This document shows, piece by piece, positions 37,336 to 49,045 of a DNA stretch of 64,000 nt. Position 1 is the first letter of the stretch, and each line of letters starts with the position of its first letter. Under the pieces are notes generated by a model that was given only the letters and a program-made list of their open reading frames with translations, was not told the DNA's origin and did not search any database. The translations under genes were made by a program, and so were the position numbers. This DNA comes from Vicugna vicugna (taxonomy: Eukaryota), in NCBI GenBank assembly GCA_013265495.1, contig MU058669.1, positions 1,100,234 through 1,164,233 of the forward strand, given 5' to 3'.

Positions 37336-37978
37336 GAGAAACTGGTAACAGAGTTTGTTGGAAAACGCAGTGAGCCTCACCATGATGAGGTGTATGTGTC
37401 TGTGGCCCTGAATAGATTGAAAGCTCCATGTGTTGTGAATTATTTTGGCTCCAACATCTTCAACACCAAAAATTTGTCAGTAGCTTGTAGGACCAGGGCC
37501 AAAGCTGCAGTCTCCACAGTGACAGGGACACTCAGTGCTTGAAGTACTGAGGCATCAGACACAGGAGGAAGGGCAAGGACTCCAGAGCCAGGAAAGTGTT
37601 CAAATCTGAGTCTTCCTTGCCAGAAAATGAAGAAGTAAAATGGGAAGATTTTAGGTAGACGTAAATTAGGGGAAGAAATCAACTAGAGTGGAACTGACCA
37701 AATATCTACCTTGCCTTTTTGTCTTTAATTTCCCACTTGAAATATTGGTTCCAGAGTCTGAGGCAAGATTGAACTTGCAAATGGGGTCAAGAGCAGAGAA
37801 AAAGGGACCAGGCAGGAGTTATGGCCCATATCAGAGAGGCATTGCCTGGCTAGTGTCTGCCATGTTGAAAGCATGGCGTGAAGGTCTATAGCTGCCGAAT
37901 AAATAAATAAACTAGGTTAGACACTGCTTCCTTGTGTGGTCTTATGGTGTATCAGAGATCACAAAAATCAAGTGTCCA

Positions 37979-38140
37979 GGAGGGTAGGGTATAGCTCAGT
38001 GGTAGAGTGCATGCCTAGCACTGGGTTCAATCTCTTGTACCTCCATTAAAAATAAATACATAAAATAAATAAACCTAATTACTTCCCTACCAATAGAAAG
38101 GAAGGAAGGAAGGAAGGATGAATGGATGGATGGATTAAAA
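37979..38140 (+). mobile_element. Camelid tRNA-derived SINE (Vic-1 type)
   Basis: Head 'gggtatagctcagtggtagagtgcatgc...gggttcaatc', tail 'aaataaacctaattac', (GGAA)(GGAT)/A tail; 16-bp TSD aaaaatcaagtgtcca/aaaaatcagatgtcca. Confidence 0.9.
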
Positions 38141-38504
38141 AAAAATCAGATGTCCACAGAGACTAGTCAGGAAGTGGTGTCTGTCCGGTGCTGTTGACTG
38201 TTGCAAATGATCCCTGCCCCATCTGAAAAGGGACGGCAGCTACTCAGCTCTCGCCAGTTGGTGTCATGAGGGTTTATGAGCCTATTAAAAGGAAAATGAG
38301 CAAGCTTCTGATTTTTCAAGATCAAATATAATTTTTTAAAATGTTAAATCTCCCTAATTTAAATATTGGTCAGTCATTTGATTTTAAAAATAAAGCAAAC
38401 CAAAATAAAATGCACATATAGAAACCACTACTGGCCCAAAAAATTGACTTTTACAGATGGTTTATGTACTCACGCCCATCTCTTTCAGTATTTGGCAAAG
38501 TATA

Positions 38505-38830
38505 AGATTGGGTGAATGAGGCATTCCCCTAGGGGGTAAAATTTGAGATCGTATTAAAAAGCTCAGTAATCAAGATAAATCATATTTGAAAGAAATATTT
38601 TCCAAAATAATCAGAAAAAACAGTGCCATGCAGACCAATATTAAAGCCTGAAGACAAAGAATATGTTAGTAATATTGATCTTTATTTAAAACTGAGATTT
38701 CATTTACCATGGATTTTCAGCATTAATTTTTATCTTTTAAAATGTATTGCATTAAAATATTATGTCTTGATTACTGAAGTTTTAAAAGTTTTAGATGCAT
38801 GCTGTGTGTTCATTTCCCACACCTATAAAT
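38505..38830. mobile_element. MER96B-like palindromic hAT-Tip100 MITE
   Basis: Inverted arms 'cagtaatcaaga' / 'tcttgattactg'. Confidence 0.7.
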
Positions 38831-39199
38831 TGAGGGAGATGGGCAGATCAGTGTTTCAAAAGCTGCTGAAACCAAAATGACAGAGGGAACTTTATATAAA
38901 GTTTCAAGTTCCTGTGTCTGACTCCTGGAGAGTGACTTCTTAGGCCTGAGTGGGTTCTGGGGAAAGATACGTGTCCAAAGGGACCCCTGATAATTGATTC
39001 TGTTTGGAAACCACTGAGTTAGATGATTTTTTAGGTCCCTTAGAGCTTTAATATCATAGAATTTTATCTTACGTTCTTTTTTTCTGTTTTCAATGCTAAT
39101 ACCTCTGGGATCATGATCCATTAAGTCAGTAGCATCTTTGTGTCAATTAATTTGGTTGCTTGTTTTTCTCTTAATTCAGAGGACCCTGGAGCACAGGAC

Positions 39200-39960
39200 C
39201 TGGGGGAGGGGGCTGATGGGAGGAGACCGAGCTCACTAAAGGGCATCCCCTCAAAGAGGCTTCATTGAATCTAGGGGACCAGAAATGCCCCTTTGTTCAA
39301 CCATGAACGACAGGAAATTGCTTTTAATCAATTTGAAAATAAATGGAAGTGAATGCCAGAGCATCCTCTCTGTGAAGAGATGTCGGGAACACTTTCAATC
39401 TTTTATCTTTCCGAAAACAGCAGGAGGAACGCCACTGGAATCAGCCCTGTAATTTCTACTCAGTAATTATACCTGTCACCACTTCCGACAGAGCAGATAT
39501 AAATAGCCACTTATCTTACTTTTTTCTGCTTTTCTTTGTGTTTTTCCTTCTCCAGCCACCAAAGTAGGTGGCTGATGCTAATACCTATGCACGATGCAGA
39601 ACATTCACGGAAAGTGTGTGCCTAGACCTTAGACCAGGTTTCGGAAAGCCACATGCAATGGATTGGGAGAATCTCATTTGAGCAAAAACTCTGGTCTCAT
39701 GATTTATGGCACGTGACAGGGAGACACAGGCACTGAGGGAAGGGGTTTTGCTTTCCATTTCTATTTTCATTTCGCTCCCGGTAGGGATGTGCACGTGCAC
39801 GGTGCCTGCTGTGCTGTGTGTGTTATTGCTCCCACGTACCTGGTCTCCTCTGTGCCACGTACCTCTGGTCTCCCGAGTGACTCACTGGGAGAAAGCCAGG
39901 GCCTCCGGGAGGTGGGTTAACCCTTTCATGTCTCTGAAAAGCCGTGTCAGGATGTCACTG
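39200..39960. promoter_or_regulatory. Candidate cis-regulatory element (PBX-HOX/MEIS, E-box, AP-1 and ETS motifs)
   Basis: Repeat-free, mildly CpG-retaining; TGATTTATGG 39700-39709, CACGTG 39710 and 39792, TGACAG 39714, TGACTCA 39878. Motif evidence only. Confidence 0.3.
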
Positions 39961-40124
39961 TCCTGAGGACTGGGCACAACAGAAATGTATCCAAAAATTA
40001 TTCCTTATGATGCTGGTTATAATTTTTGCCAGTAATAATACTGATTCACAGCTATATAGGGCTTTTACTTGTTCTTCAGAGGGATTTGACATCATTTATT
40101 TTGGAACCTCCCATTAGAATAAAC

Positions 40125-40345
40125 GTGTTATGGTGGAAAGAAGATGAATTTTGAAGTCAGACATTCTGGCATTGAAATTTGGGCTTTCCTACTTGCTTGT
40201 GGTGAATTTAGGTGAAATAAATGTTTCTGAGACTCAGACTTCAAATCTGTAAAATGGGGATAATAATAATGCTTAACATCAGGGCATTTCTCTTGGAGAA
40301 TGATATCAGGTGACATTGGGTAGAGCCTGCCATGGTCTGTCACAT
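40125..40345 (+). mobile_element. MIR SINE
   Basis: 'ggtggaaag...gaagtcagaca...atctgtaaaatggggataataataat'. Confidence 0.85.
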
Positions 40346-40530
40346 TAGTTCTAAAATTTTGGTGGCATCAGACTCACTGGGAGGGCTTGTGAAAACAGAA
40401 TGTTGGGCCCCATTTCCAGAGTTTTCGATAGTGTAGTTCTGGGGTAGGGCCTGAGAATTTGCATTTCTATATTATTCCCAGATGCGGCTGCTGCCACTGG
40501 TCCAGAGACCACACACTTTGCAAACGACTG
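40345..40530. mobile_element. MER5A hAT-Charlie MITE
   Basis: 'gcatcagactcactgggagggcttgtgaaaacaga...gggcctgagaatttgcatttcta...accacacactttg'. Confidence 0.9.
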
Positions 40531-41389
40531 GTTGACAATTCCTCGACACATGTTAGGTTTCCTAGTTTTATATATTTAATAAAAATTCATTCTAAGCACC
40601 CTCCATGTTTGAAGCAATGTGCCTGATACAAAGAAGAGTATGAGACAGATAAATTTCTTCCGTATTAAAACATACCCTATTGGGGAAGACAAATTTCTCC
40701 CCATCACCACTTTAAAAACAGTTGGCATATTCAAGGAACTAAGAGCAAGGCGGTAAGGGTTGAGTGGGGCTGAGTGATATGAGAGGGTAGGGGAGGCAAG
40801 TGAGATGCTGCCCCTGCCACACTCATGGTCTAGTTTGTAATTTGCATGAGTGATGTTCAGGTGAACCCTCAGAGATGGAGCCCGGTATTGTGGGATCTGT
40901 AACATGTATTCTAAGGACTCAGTAGAGAATGGGTATAAAATTATGAATGTAAAATTAGGGATAGAGCTGTGAAAGGAACCAACGTGAAATGTCAGTTGGC
41001 TTTTCTGGCTTCCCGTACATCCTCCTCCATGTGTACCTTAAAATGTATGTGCAATCTGGGTCCCTGATGTCAAAGCATCTATTCATGGCTGATCAGATCC
41101 ATCTGACCTACCTGATCTAGAGGTAAAAGCATCTGTGAGGTATTAGAAAAAGGATGCAGAGGGCAAGAATGTTCTGGGAAGAGGGACCCTGGTTGTCACA
41201 AGTGGGCAGGTGCTACTGGCATCTGGAGGTCAGAGATGCTGCTAAACATCTTACACTACACAGGACGTCCTCCACAACAGAGATTGGTCCTGCCTCTGTC
41301 ATAGGGCAGGGATGCTCTCCAAGCAGGAGATCCAGGTAGGAAATGACTGAGGTTCCATGATTTTGAGAAGCAGCTCCCTCCTTTCCCCT

Positions 41390-41990
41390 GCTACTAAGCT
41401 CCTGATTCTTCTCAGCTGTGGAACACTCCTCTGCAGATGTTTTCATGGCTGGCTCCCTCACTGTGGTCAGATCTTGCCTCAGGGGGTTCCATCCTTGGAT
41501 GCCTTCCCTAACTACCCACCCTGTCTAAACTAGCCCCTCACTTTCTTGTGTCTCTTAATCACTTTTCTTGCTTTCTTTTTTTTCTAAGCCCTTACTATCT
41601 GACATCACAGTATATTGCTTGCTTGTTTTTATGTATGTATGTATTTATTAATTATTGTGTTAGTTAATTATTTTATTTTGGTGATGGGGAAGATAAATGT
41701 GTTTGTTTATTTTTAGGGGCGGTCCTGGGGACTGAACCCAGGACCTCGTGCATGCACTCTACCACTTAAGCTATACCTTCCCCCCAACTTTTTAAATTTT
41801 TAATTTAAAAAAATTTGATGTATTTATTATTAGTTAATTATTTTATTTTTGCTTGATTGTTTATTGTTGGTGTCCATCTTACAAATGTTAAGTCTCATTA
41901 AGGCAAGGACTTTGTCTTGTTCCTTTCTCTAACCTCAAAACCTTTTAACATTCTTGGCACATAGTAGGTGCTTAATAAATTAGGAAACAA
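41390..41990 (+). mobile_element. L2 3' end with a nested camelid SINE
   Basis: 'catggctggctccctca...aaggcaaggactttgtcttgttc...tggcacatagtaggtgcttaataaat'. Confidence 0.8.
41650..41785 (-). mobile_element. Camelid tRNA-derived SINE (Vic-1 type)
   Basis: 'ctggggactgaacccaggacctcgtgcatgcactctaccacttaagctatacc'. Confidence 0.9.
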
Positions 41991-42744
41991 ATTTGATTGA
42001 CGTGGTAGGGTCATTGAGTAAGTGCTCAATGAATACAGACTCTTGTTACTAGCATGGTAATCGGGGTTACGGTGTCTACTTAGACTGCAGTGTGATGCTG
42101 ACCAGGATTCTCATTATCTCAGCCTTTGGGAGGAGGCGGCTGATTCTCCCTCCCTTAGCCCTGTGGCTTGGCACCAGTCTCACATTTTTCAGTGTCTGCT
42201 TTGAGAATGAAGCTGACGGGCACTAAAGGGACTGCCATCCATCACTCAGTCCTTCCATCACCCGCTCTGCAAATGACAACCTCTGACAGGGAAGTAGGGG
42301 GAGCTGATTCGGAATTAATGTCCTGCATCTGGAGAGAGGCATGTTAAGACAGCAAATATTCCGGGAGCAAATCCAGACTGTCAGATCAAGGACAGAGAGG
42401 CAAACCCGGATGCCCTGACAGAGCTTAACTTTGCACCTGGACAACTGCTTTGGGTAAGGCCCTCGAGTAACTGCAACTTAGATCTTACTTTTTTAAATTG
42501 TAGAAGGGAGAGAGAACCCTGGAAATGGAAAATTGCCCAGATGGCCCCTTAAGACATGATCCTGAGCAGTACATGAAATGAACAAAGGATAGAATCAATG
42601 CCATTTATTCAGCAGACATTTACTGAGTGCTTGCCCCTTGCCAGATCCTGTGAGGAAAGTGTTATTGTGGTTTCCAAGAATGAAGAGGAGTCCCAGAAAA
42701 TGTAATAATTTGCTCAAGGAAGAATCAACCAGTTAGTGGCTATT

Positions 42745-43160
42745 CTTCAAACATTCACGCTCGTTCTTCCTTCAGAGCTTTTTGCACATGCTGCTCCCTC
42801 AGATTGATCCGCTCTTCCTCTTAAGTCTTCACATGACTGGCTCCTTCTGGCCTGCAGGGTTCAGCTTAGCTGCCACCTCCTCCTGGAGGCTCTCCCTGAT
42901 CCTGTTATACAAAGTCTTCTGTCTCTTCGCTCTGTCTCATGATTTTGCTTTATTTTTTTTAATCATTGCTCTCACTATTTGAAAATGACCTCTATGCATC
43001 TATCATCCATCCATCCATCCGTCTATCTATTCATTTATCTTCCCAGAATAGCCTGGAACCTCCCTTAAAGCAGAGACTTCTCAGTTTTGTTTACTGTTTC
43101 CTGCACTCAAATTAGGACCAGCACATAGGAGCTGCTCAATAGATACTTATTGAATGCATC
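42745..43160 (+). mobile_element. L2 3' end
   Basis: 'ctttttgcacatgctgctccct...cacctcctcctggaggctctccctga...gcacataggagctgctcaatagatacttattgaatg'. Confidence 0.8.
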
Positions 43161-43429
43161 AGTTAGTGGTGATGGGCTTCAAATATGTCTGCAGACCAGT
43201 CCTACATTCCTGAATGTTCATTGTCCTGTGTCTTGAAAAGCCCTATTAATGCCCTAGACTGACAGTAAGTGAACTTGTGAGTCACTTTCTCTCCTGGCTT
43301 CTGTTTCCTCGTCTTTACTCTTCCAGATGCAGAAGGTTGCTCTGAGACACCAGTTAATGCTTCAGAATTTGTGGGGTTTTGGTAAATCTCAAATACTAGA
43401 TATTGTGGAACATTAAGGTGGTATCAGAA

Positions 43430-43650
43430 AGACAGTGTGGGGTGCCTAGATAGTTCTGAGTTCAAATTCTGATTTCACTACTTATCTATGCCATCTTTGG
43501 AAACTTTCTGAGATGCTTTGGTACTAGGTTTCTTGTCTGTGAGGAAGAAGTAATGATTCTTTAGGAGGTGGTTGTGGAGATTACACAGAGTGGTGTGTAA
43601 AAGATACAGAGAGATTCCTGGCATGTGGGAGACACTGGACAAATGTTTCT
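43430..43650 (+). mobile_element. MIR SINE
   Basis: 'gagttcaaattctgatttcactactta...ggttgtggagatta...cctggcatgt'. Confidence 0.7.
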
Positions 43651-44289
43651 CTTAAGAAACAGCATCTCCAGCAACATTCCTAGTAAAATGCAAGAGCAAG
43701 TATTCTATAAAATGCCTGTCAGTGCTATATAATTCCACAGTTCATATCAATGGTCAGTTCTCTAAGAACAACAATAACAAATAATCATTGTGGTCCAGAT
43801 GTACAGCTCCCCAGTGGGGTGGCTGGTCTGAGGGTGGGGTTAGGACATTAAGAGGAGTACCAGTTCTGTGTGTCCTCAAGCAGTCTTGCATGTACGTTCT
43901 TGTTCAGTATAGAACTTGTGCTAAACTCTGGGAAGCTGCAAATTCTTGGGCCTCACCAAGAACGCCATTGCCACTAGTTAAGGTCAGATACTTAGGCACT
44001 GGAAGTCAACAAGCCTAGGGCAGATCTGATGCCTTCTTAAGACACTGAATCATTTGATGAGGATGGAGGCCTCATATCGCACAGCTCCAGGACTAGGAGG
44101 GACTAAGACCAAAGATTTCCTCAGCAGACAATCCTTGGTCTATGAAAACCCTAGACAAACCGACACTGAGGCCCCCCGAGTTTGGGCACCATGGAGCAGA
44201 ATTCTAGAAACCATGTGCTGGTGACTGTCATAGATTCTGTGGTCATGAATTGGGGCTGTCCCCATAAGCCCTATAAGCAAGACTTTGGT

Positions 44290-44790
44290 GCATTATTTAT
44301 CTAGTACTCTGTAACACATTACTCTAAAACCTAGTGGCAGGAAACAACAGACATTTATGATCTCACAGTTTCTGTCGATCACAGATCAAGTAGGATCTTC
44401 GATGGATAGTTCTGACTCAGGATAGTTTAAGAGATCGCTGTTGAGATGTTGGTTGGGGCTGCAGTCATTTCAAAGCTTGACTTGGGGAGGATCTGCTTCT
44501 AAGAAACAGCTTACTCATGTGGCTATTGGCAGATACCAGAAACCCCACCTGCAAGCTCACTTACGTCAGCCATTCCATAGGGTTGCCTGAGGATATGGTG
44601 GCTGCCTTCCTCCAAAGCAAGTGATCCAAGAGGGAGCAAGAGAGAGAAGCAAAGATGGATATCCCAGCGTTTTTGTACCCTCATCTCAGAGATGACATCC
44701 CATTACCTCTGGGGTATTCTGTTCATTAGAAACTAGTCCCTAAGTTCAGTCCACATTCAAAAGGAGAGGATTACATAAGATCCTGTCACA
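44290..44790 (-). mobile_element. MLT1F/G-like MaLR LTR
   Basis: 'tgtaacacattactctaaaacctagtggc...atctcacagtttctg...ggggctgcagtcat...attctgttcattagaa'. Confidence 0.8.
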
Positions 44791-44895
44791 TCCATTTATA
44801 ATTTTATTTGATAAAAATTGCCCCTGCTCCAAACAAACAAAAACAAGTAAGAACAACTTCCATAGACTACGGCCATGATAATCTTAAGGCTAGAG

Positions 44896-45074
44896 CAGTG
44901 GTTCTCAGCCTTGAGTACACATTGGAATCACCTGGGTTGCTTTAAAAAAGACCACTGTCTGGGCCCCACATCTAGAGAATCTTATTTGACCAGTGTGTGA
45001 TGCAGCAGGGGAAGTGAGATTTTTCAGAAGCTCCCAAAATGATTTTAACTTGTGGCCAAGATTGAGATCCACCA
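44896..45074. mobile_element. MER5-family hAT-Charlie MITE
   Basis: cagtggttctcagcc...ggaatcacctggg; TSD ggctagag/gcctagaa. Confidence 0.85.
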
Positions 45075-46049
45075 GCCTAGAATATTTTCCCCGGGAGGTT
45101 ATTTCCCATCCCTTGCATGACTGTTTAAAACGCCTCCATAGCCCATTGTAATAACACCAAACTTTGAATCTTGTGACACCATAGTGAACGCTCGGAGATA
45201 AACTAGTTGTGAAGTGTAATAAAATAATAAAATGAATTGATCTGCTTATGGCATTGTTAGCACTGAGCCAGCTCAGTGTTGTGAGATGTTTGAGAATGTT
45301 TGTCAAAAATGACTTTGGTTTCAAACCAGTTGAGATTTGAAGCCTTTTTTTTTTTTTATATACAACATTTCAGTAGTAGGGCTGGTGGTGTATTGAGGAC
45401 GTGCCTGGCTCATGAAAATCAACCCTCATCAGGAATGTTACTGGAAAATGCCCTTCTGTTTATGTACTGTATCAGGATAACCTGCAACTAGCTTGTCTAG
45501 GAGTAGTTTGAAAACAAGGAAATACTGATTCTTAAAAGAAGAGGTCTCTCTTTTATGCCTGATTGAACCATCATTTGATCCAACAAGAGATATTTCCCCA
45601 CTGTGGGTCCTGCTCTCTCAATGGGATTAAGATGACCATCTTATGTACATATAACTGGCACAGTGAAGAGGGAGGCATTATGATGAGGTCGAGCAGCTCA
45701 GCTCAGTTTTTAAGGGTTGATTTTTGAAAGGAGTTAATAAAAGAAGAAAGGAAATAGTCATGTGAGCAAAGCAAATCTAATCCACAACTAAAGGCAACCT
45801 AAATTATAAAAAAGAGATTAGAGGAAAAACTAATGATAAAAACTGCAGCTACCACCTGTGCATTAACCACAGAGATTACATAATGATGCTTAAGAAACAG
45901 GGGAACAAAAGTGACACCCATGCCTGTTTCACAGATGCGCTTTGATGCCAAGACAGGTATGACACATAAAGGCATGAACAGAAAGTGAGTGATACTTCTC
46001 ACATTGGAGTCACTAATTGTTGGGTGTGGGTTATAAAAGCCATTATTGT

Positions 46050-46250
46050 AATTACTGCCACAGCCTCCGCTGAACCAACTAGGGGCCCAGTTACTGTATC
46101 GCCTGCTCTATAAACATTATCTCATTTAATGCTACAATAGTTCTGTGAATTAGGAATACCATTTTTATTTTACTCATGAGACAGTTGAAGCACCAAGAGA
46201 GTAATGTGTCCAAAGTCATACAGCTAGAATGTGGCAGAGCCAGGGTCATT
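46050..46250 (-). mobile_element. MIR SINE
   Basis: 'attatctcatttaat...tccaaagtcatacagctagaatgtggcagagccagg'. Confidence 0.8.
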
Positions 46251-46789
46251 TTTGTGAGCTGGGTTTGAGCTTATTTTGCCCATTCCTGTGATTCTGAGTT
46301 ACTGGGTCAGTAGGGTTTCATGATTCTGAAAGCCGAGTTCTTTTGGCCTCATAGTATCTCATGACCCCTTGGCTCTTGGGCACAGAGTGGAAGGATGTAA
46401 GAAATGCATACTTTTTATGTTGTGTCTTAAAGACTTCTTCACAATATGATAAAAGTCCAATCATGGTAAATAGCTAAACAGTCCTGGATCTAAAACTGAA
46501 CTGCTGCTTAGAAAGACTGTTGACTTGAGCGATGCAAAATGCAGTGTTCAGGGAGGGAATCATCATGTGTTTTAGATGAGATTTATTGTTAGTCAATCTG
46601 TTTGCTAGGATTAAGGATAATATTAAAAATGTGCTATGAATCTTCCAAGTCATGTCAAGGGGCTAAGGTAATTCTAAATGATCCAAAATTGGGATAGAAG
46701 GTGGAATCGGAGGAACAGTCTAGAAGATGCAGTCACTTGATCTGAGCCTTGTCTGATGTGTAGGATTTCTAGAAGCAGACAACAGGAGT

Positions 46790-46935
46790 GCTGATGGGCT
46801 GGAGCTGGCTTCTAAGAGCTGAATGTGCATATCTCTTCCCAAATCTGCATTCACTGACACCCAGCTGGTAGTATGATATTGGCCATAGTGAAAGTATTTA
46901 CATCATGTAAATTGGTAAACACTGCAAGTCAGTAT
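46790..46935. mobile_element. MER63A-like hAT-Blackjack MITE
   Basis: 'gtgcatatctcttcccaa...attggccatagtgaaagtatttacatcatg', similar to the internal part of 29105-29963. Confidence 0.65.
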
Positions 46936-47039
46936 CAGTTCACCACTAAAATGGAAGTTAGGAATCCCTTGCAGTTATAGATGCCCAGAGATGTGAATGC
47001 ACATTAGGTGAAGTCTGGTGACGTAGAATATCTGGAGAA

Positions 47040-47620
47040 GACAGTGGTGGATGAAACTGACAAGGTAGGAGTGAGCTGGATAATGAGAGTCCTTGAATGT
47101 CAATCCAAGGAGGCTTGATTTTATCTTGCAGGCACTGTGCCCATCAAAAAACAAAACAAAACTTTCTGATCTAGTCCCATCTCTATTGTGGGCTGATGAT
47201 TTCAGTACCGGAGTCACAATTAGACTGAGAGATTGGATATGGGAGATGGGTTAAGAGGCTGTAGTATTAAATAGCACAACAGAAATCTGGGAGAGACCTG
47301 GAAAGGGTAGTGACAGTGATGAAGGAGAGAATAAAACAGGAAGTCAAGAGAGGAGAAAGAATTTAGTAAACTTGATAACTTATTGAATGGGAGTTATTGG
47401 GGTAAGATAGGGAGATGTCCAGTGTTACTGAAGTCACTTACTTAGGAAAGACAGGGGAACACTATAACTGAGTGGAAAGTTATAGACACGTTGAATTAGG
47501 AGATATTTTGATCCTTGAGAAATTGCAGCCTAGGTCTCCAGAGAAAGGTCAGAGAGAGATAAATAGGTGATAATAAAGGTCAAGGGAGTGGAGGACAGAG
47601 CACAGGAAGAGTGCACAAAG
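47040..47620 (-). mobile_element. L2 fragment
   Basis: 'ggataatgagagtccttgaatgtcaatccaaggaggcttgattttatcttgcaggc...'. Confidence 0.65.
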
Positions 47621-47715
47621 GATGGGGGTACATGATGATAAGAGACCATTTCATGTCCCCTTTCATTCATTTACTAATGTACACGTTTAACAAACATCCA
47701 TTATGAGTTGAGTCA

Positions 47716-47835
47716 CCATATATCCCACCTTATCTGGGACACTCCCGGCTAATTTTTTTTGAACCAGTGTAATTGTAAGTAGCATCCCCTTACACTCTTA
47801 GAAGTGTCCCTGTTTGGATGATAAATCTTATCCTT
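47716..47835. mobile_element. MER94-like hAT-Blackjack MITE
   Basis: 'ctgggacactcc...agcatccccttacactcttagaagtgtccctgtttggatgataaat'. Confidence 0.65.
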
Positions 47836-48469
47836 AAATATGTGCTGCAGACAGGGCTGACAATCAGGAATTTAAAGACTGTCCCGTGCAGAGCCTGGTC
47901 TAAAGGAGCTCAACTGAATGTTGTTCTTTTTGTTGTAAGTGTAAAAGTTATGTCTTCTCTCATTTAACTTGCAGTCTGGAGGTGTGATGTCCCTATCCAC
48001 CTACACAGTAATTCAGGCACTAGACGGCAGAGCACAAGTGAGTGCCAGCACCGTAGCACCAGTCAATAATCATGGAAGTGCTAGAGAAAGAGATCCATCA
48101 GTGAGAGATGTCTTCATACTCCTCCACCTTCCTCTGTGCCCAGGGAGCTTGATACGCAGTGATTGTATCAGTGGGCATCTTTGTTGTCTGATTTCCAGTG
48201 GGTTTGGTGAATGGAAGGAGCCAACAAGTAGACCCTGGGAGAGTGACACTGGCTTCATTAACGCCGAGTCGCTGTAGGCTAGCTGCGTCTCCCTCTACTG
48301 AAGCACAGCTCTGTACAGGTGTGCTCTCTGGGCTCCAGTAATCACTCCCTCTCCTTGCAGTGTCCTTTCCTTGTACAGGTCCCTTCCACACCCTGGGAGG
48401 GACCCCAGTGATTTACTGATATGGTCAGGGTGATATGCTTTGGATACCTTGCTAAAATAAGATCTTCTC

Positions 48470-49045
48470 ATAGTCTGAATTCTAAACACGATCTCCAAGA
48501 TTGCACGTTTTCATCCTTGGAACCTGTAAACATGATGAGCTATCACTCCCGTGATTATGTAATGCTGTATGGCTCACTTAGCATTAAAATAATGCATTTT
48601 TTTTACATTAGACTGACCCAGTCACACAAGCCCTTAGCTGTGGAGAGCTTTCTTCAACTGGGCAGCAGAGGAAGGCAGAGAGGTTTAAAGCAGGAGCAGA
48701 ATTTGTTGTACTGCCGCTGGCGTTTAGATGGCGAGGGTCACATGAGAAAAAAACGCGGGCAACTTTAGGAAGTGATGGAAGACCCTGGTTGACAGCCATT
48801 AAGGAAACAAGGACCTCAGTCCTATAGCTGTGAGGTGCTAAATTCTGCCAACCACCTGACTAAACTTGGAAGCAGATTTCTCCCTAGAGCCTCCCGGTAA
48901 GGAGGACTCAGCCTGGTGCCTTGACTTCAGCGTTGTGCTAATCCAGAGAACTTCTGACTTATACAACTGTGAGTTAATAGATGGGTGTAGTTTTAAGCTG
49001 CTAAGATTGTGATAATTTATTATGCGCTGAAGAAAATGAATACAG
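48470..49045 (+). mobile_element. MLT1E/D-like MaLR LTR
   Basis: 'tatcactcccgtgattatgt...ggacctcagtcctatagc...aattctgccaaccacctga...ttttaagctgctaag...aatgaataca'. Confidence 0.85.

Noticed and set aside
37987..38045. tRNA-like sequence (also at 41725-41780, 51205-51265 and 60730-60795)
   Set aside because: No complete cloverleaf or acceptor stem; followed by a SINE tail and TSD, so these are tRNA-derived SINE heads, not tRNA genes.
39556..39567. Possible microexon after the strong pyrimidine tract
   Set aside because: Nearest donors give 8 nt (frameshifting) or 12 nt ending in TAG with a weak donor; not supportable as coding.
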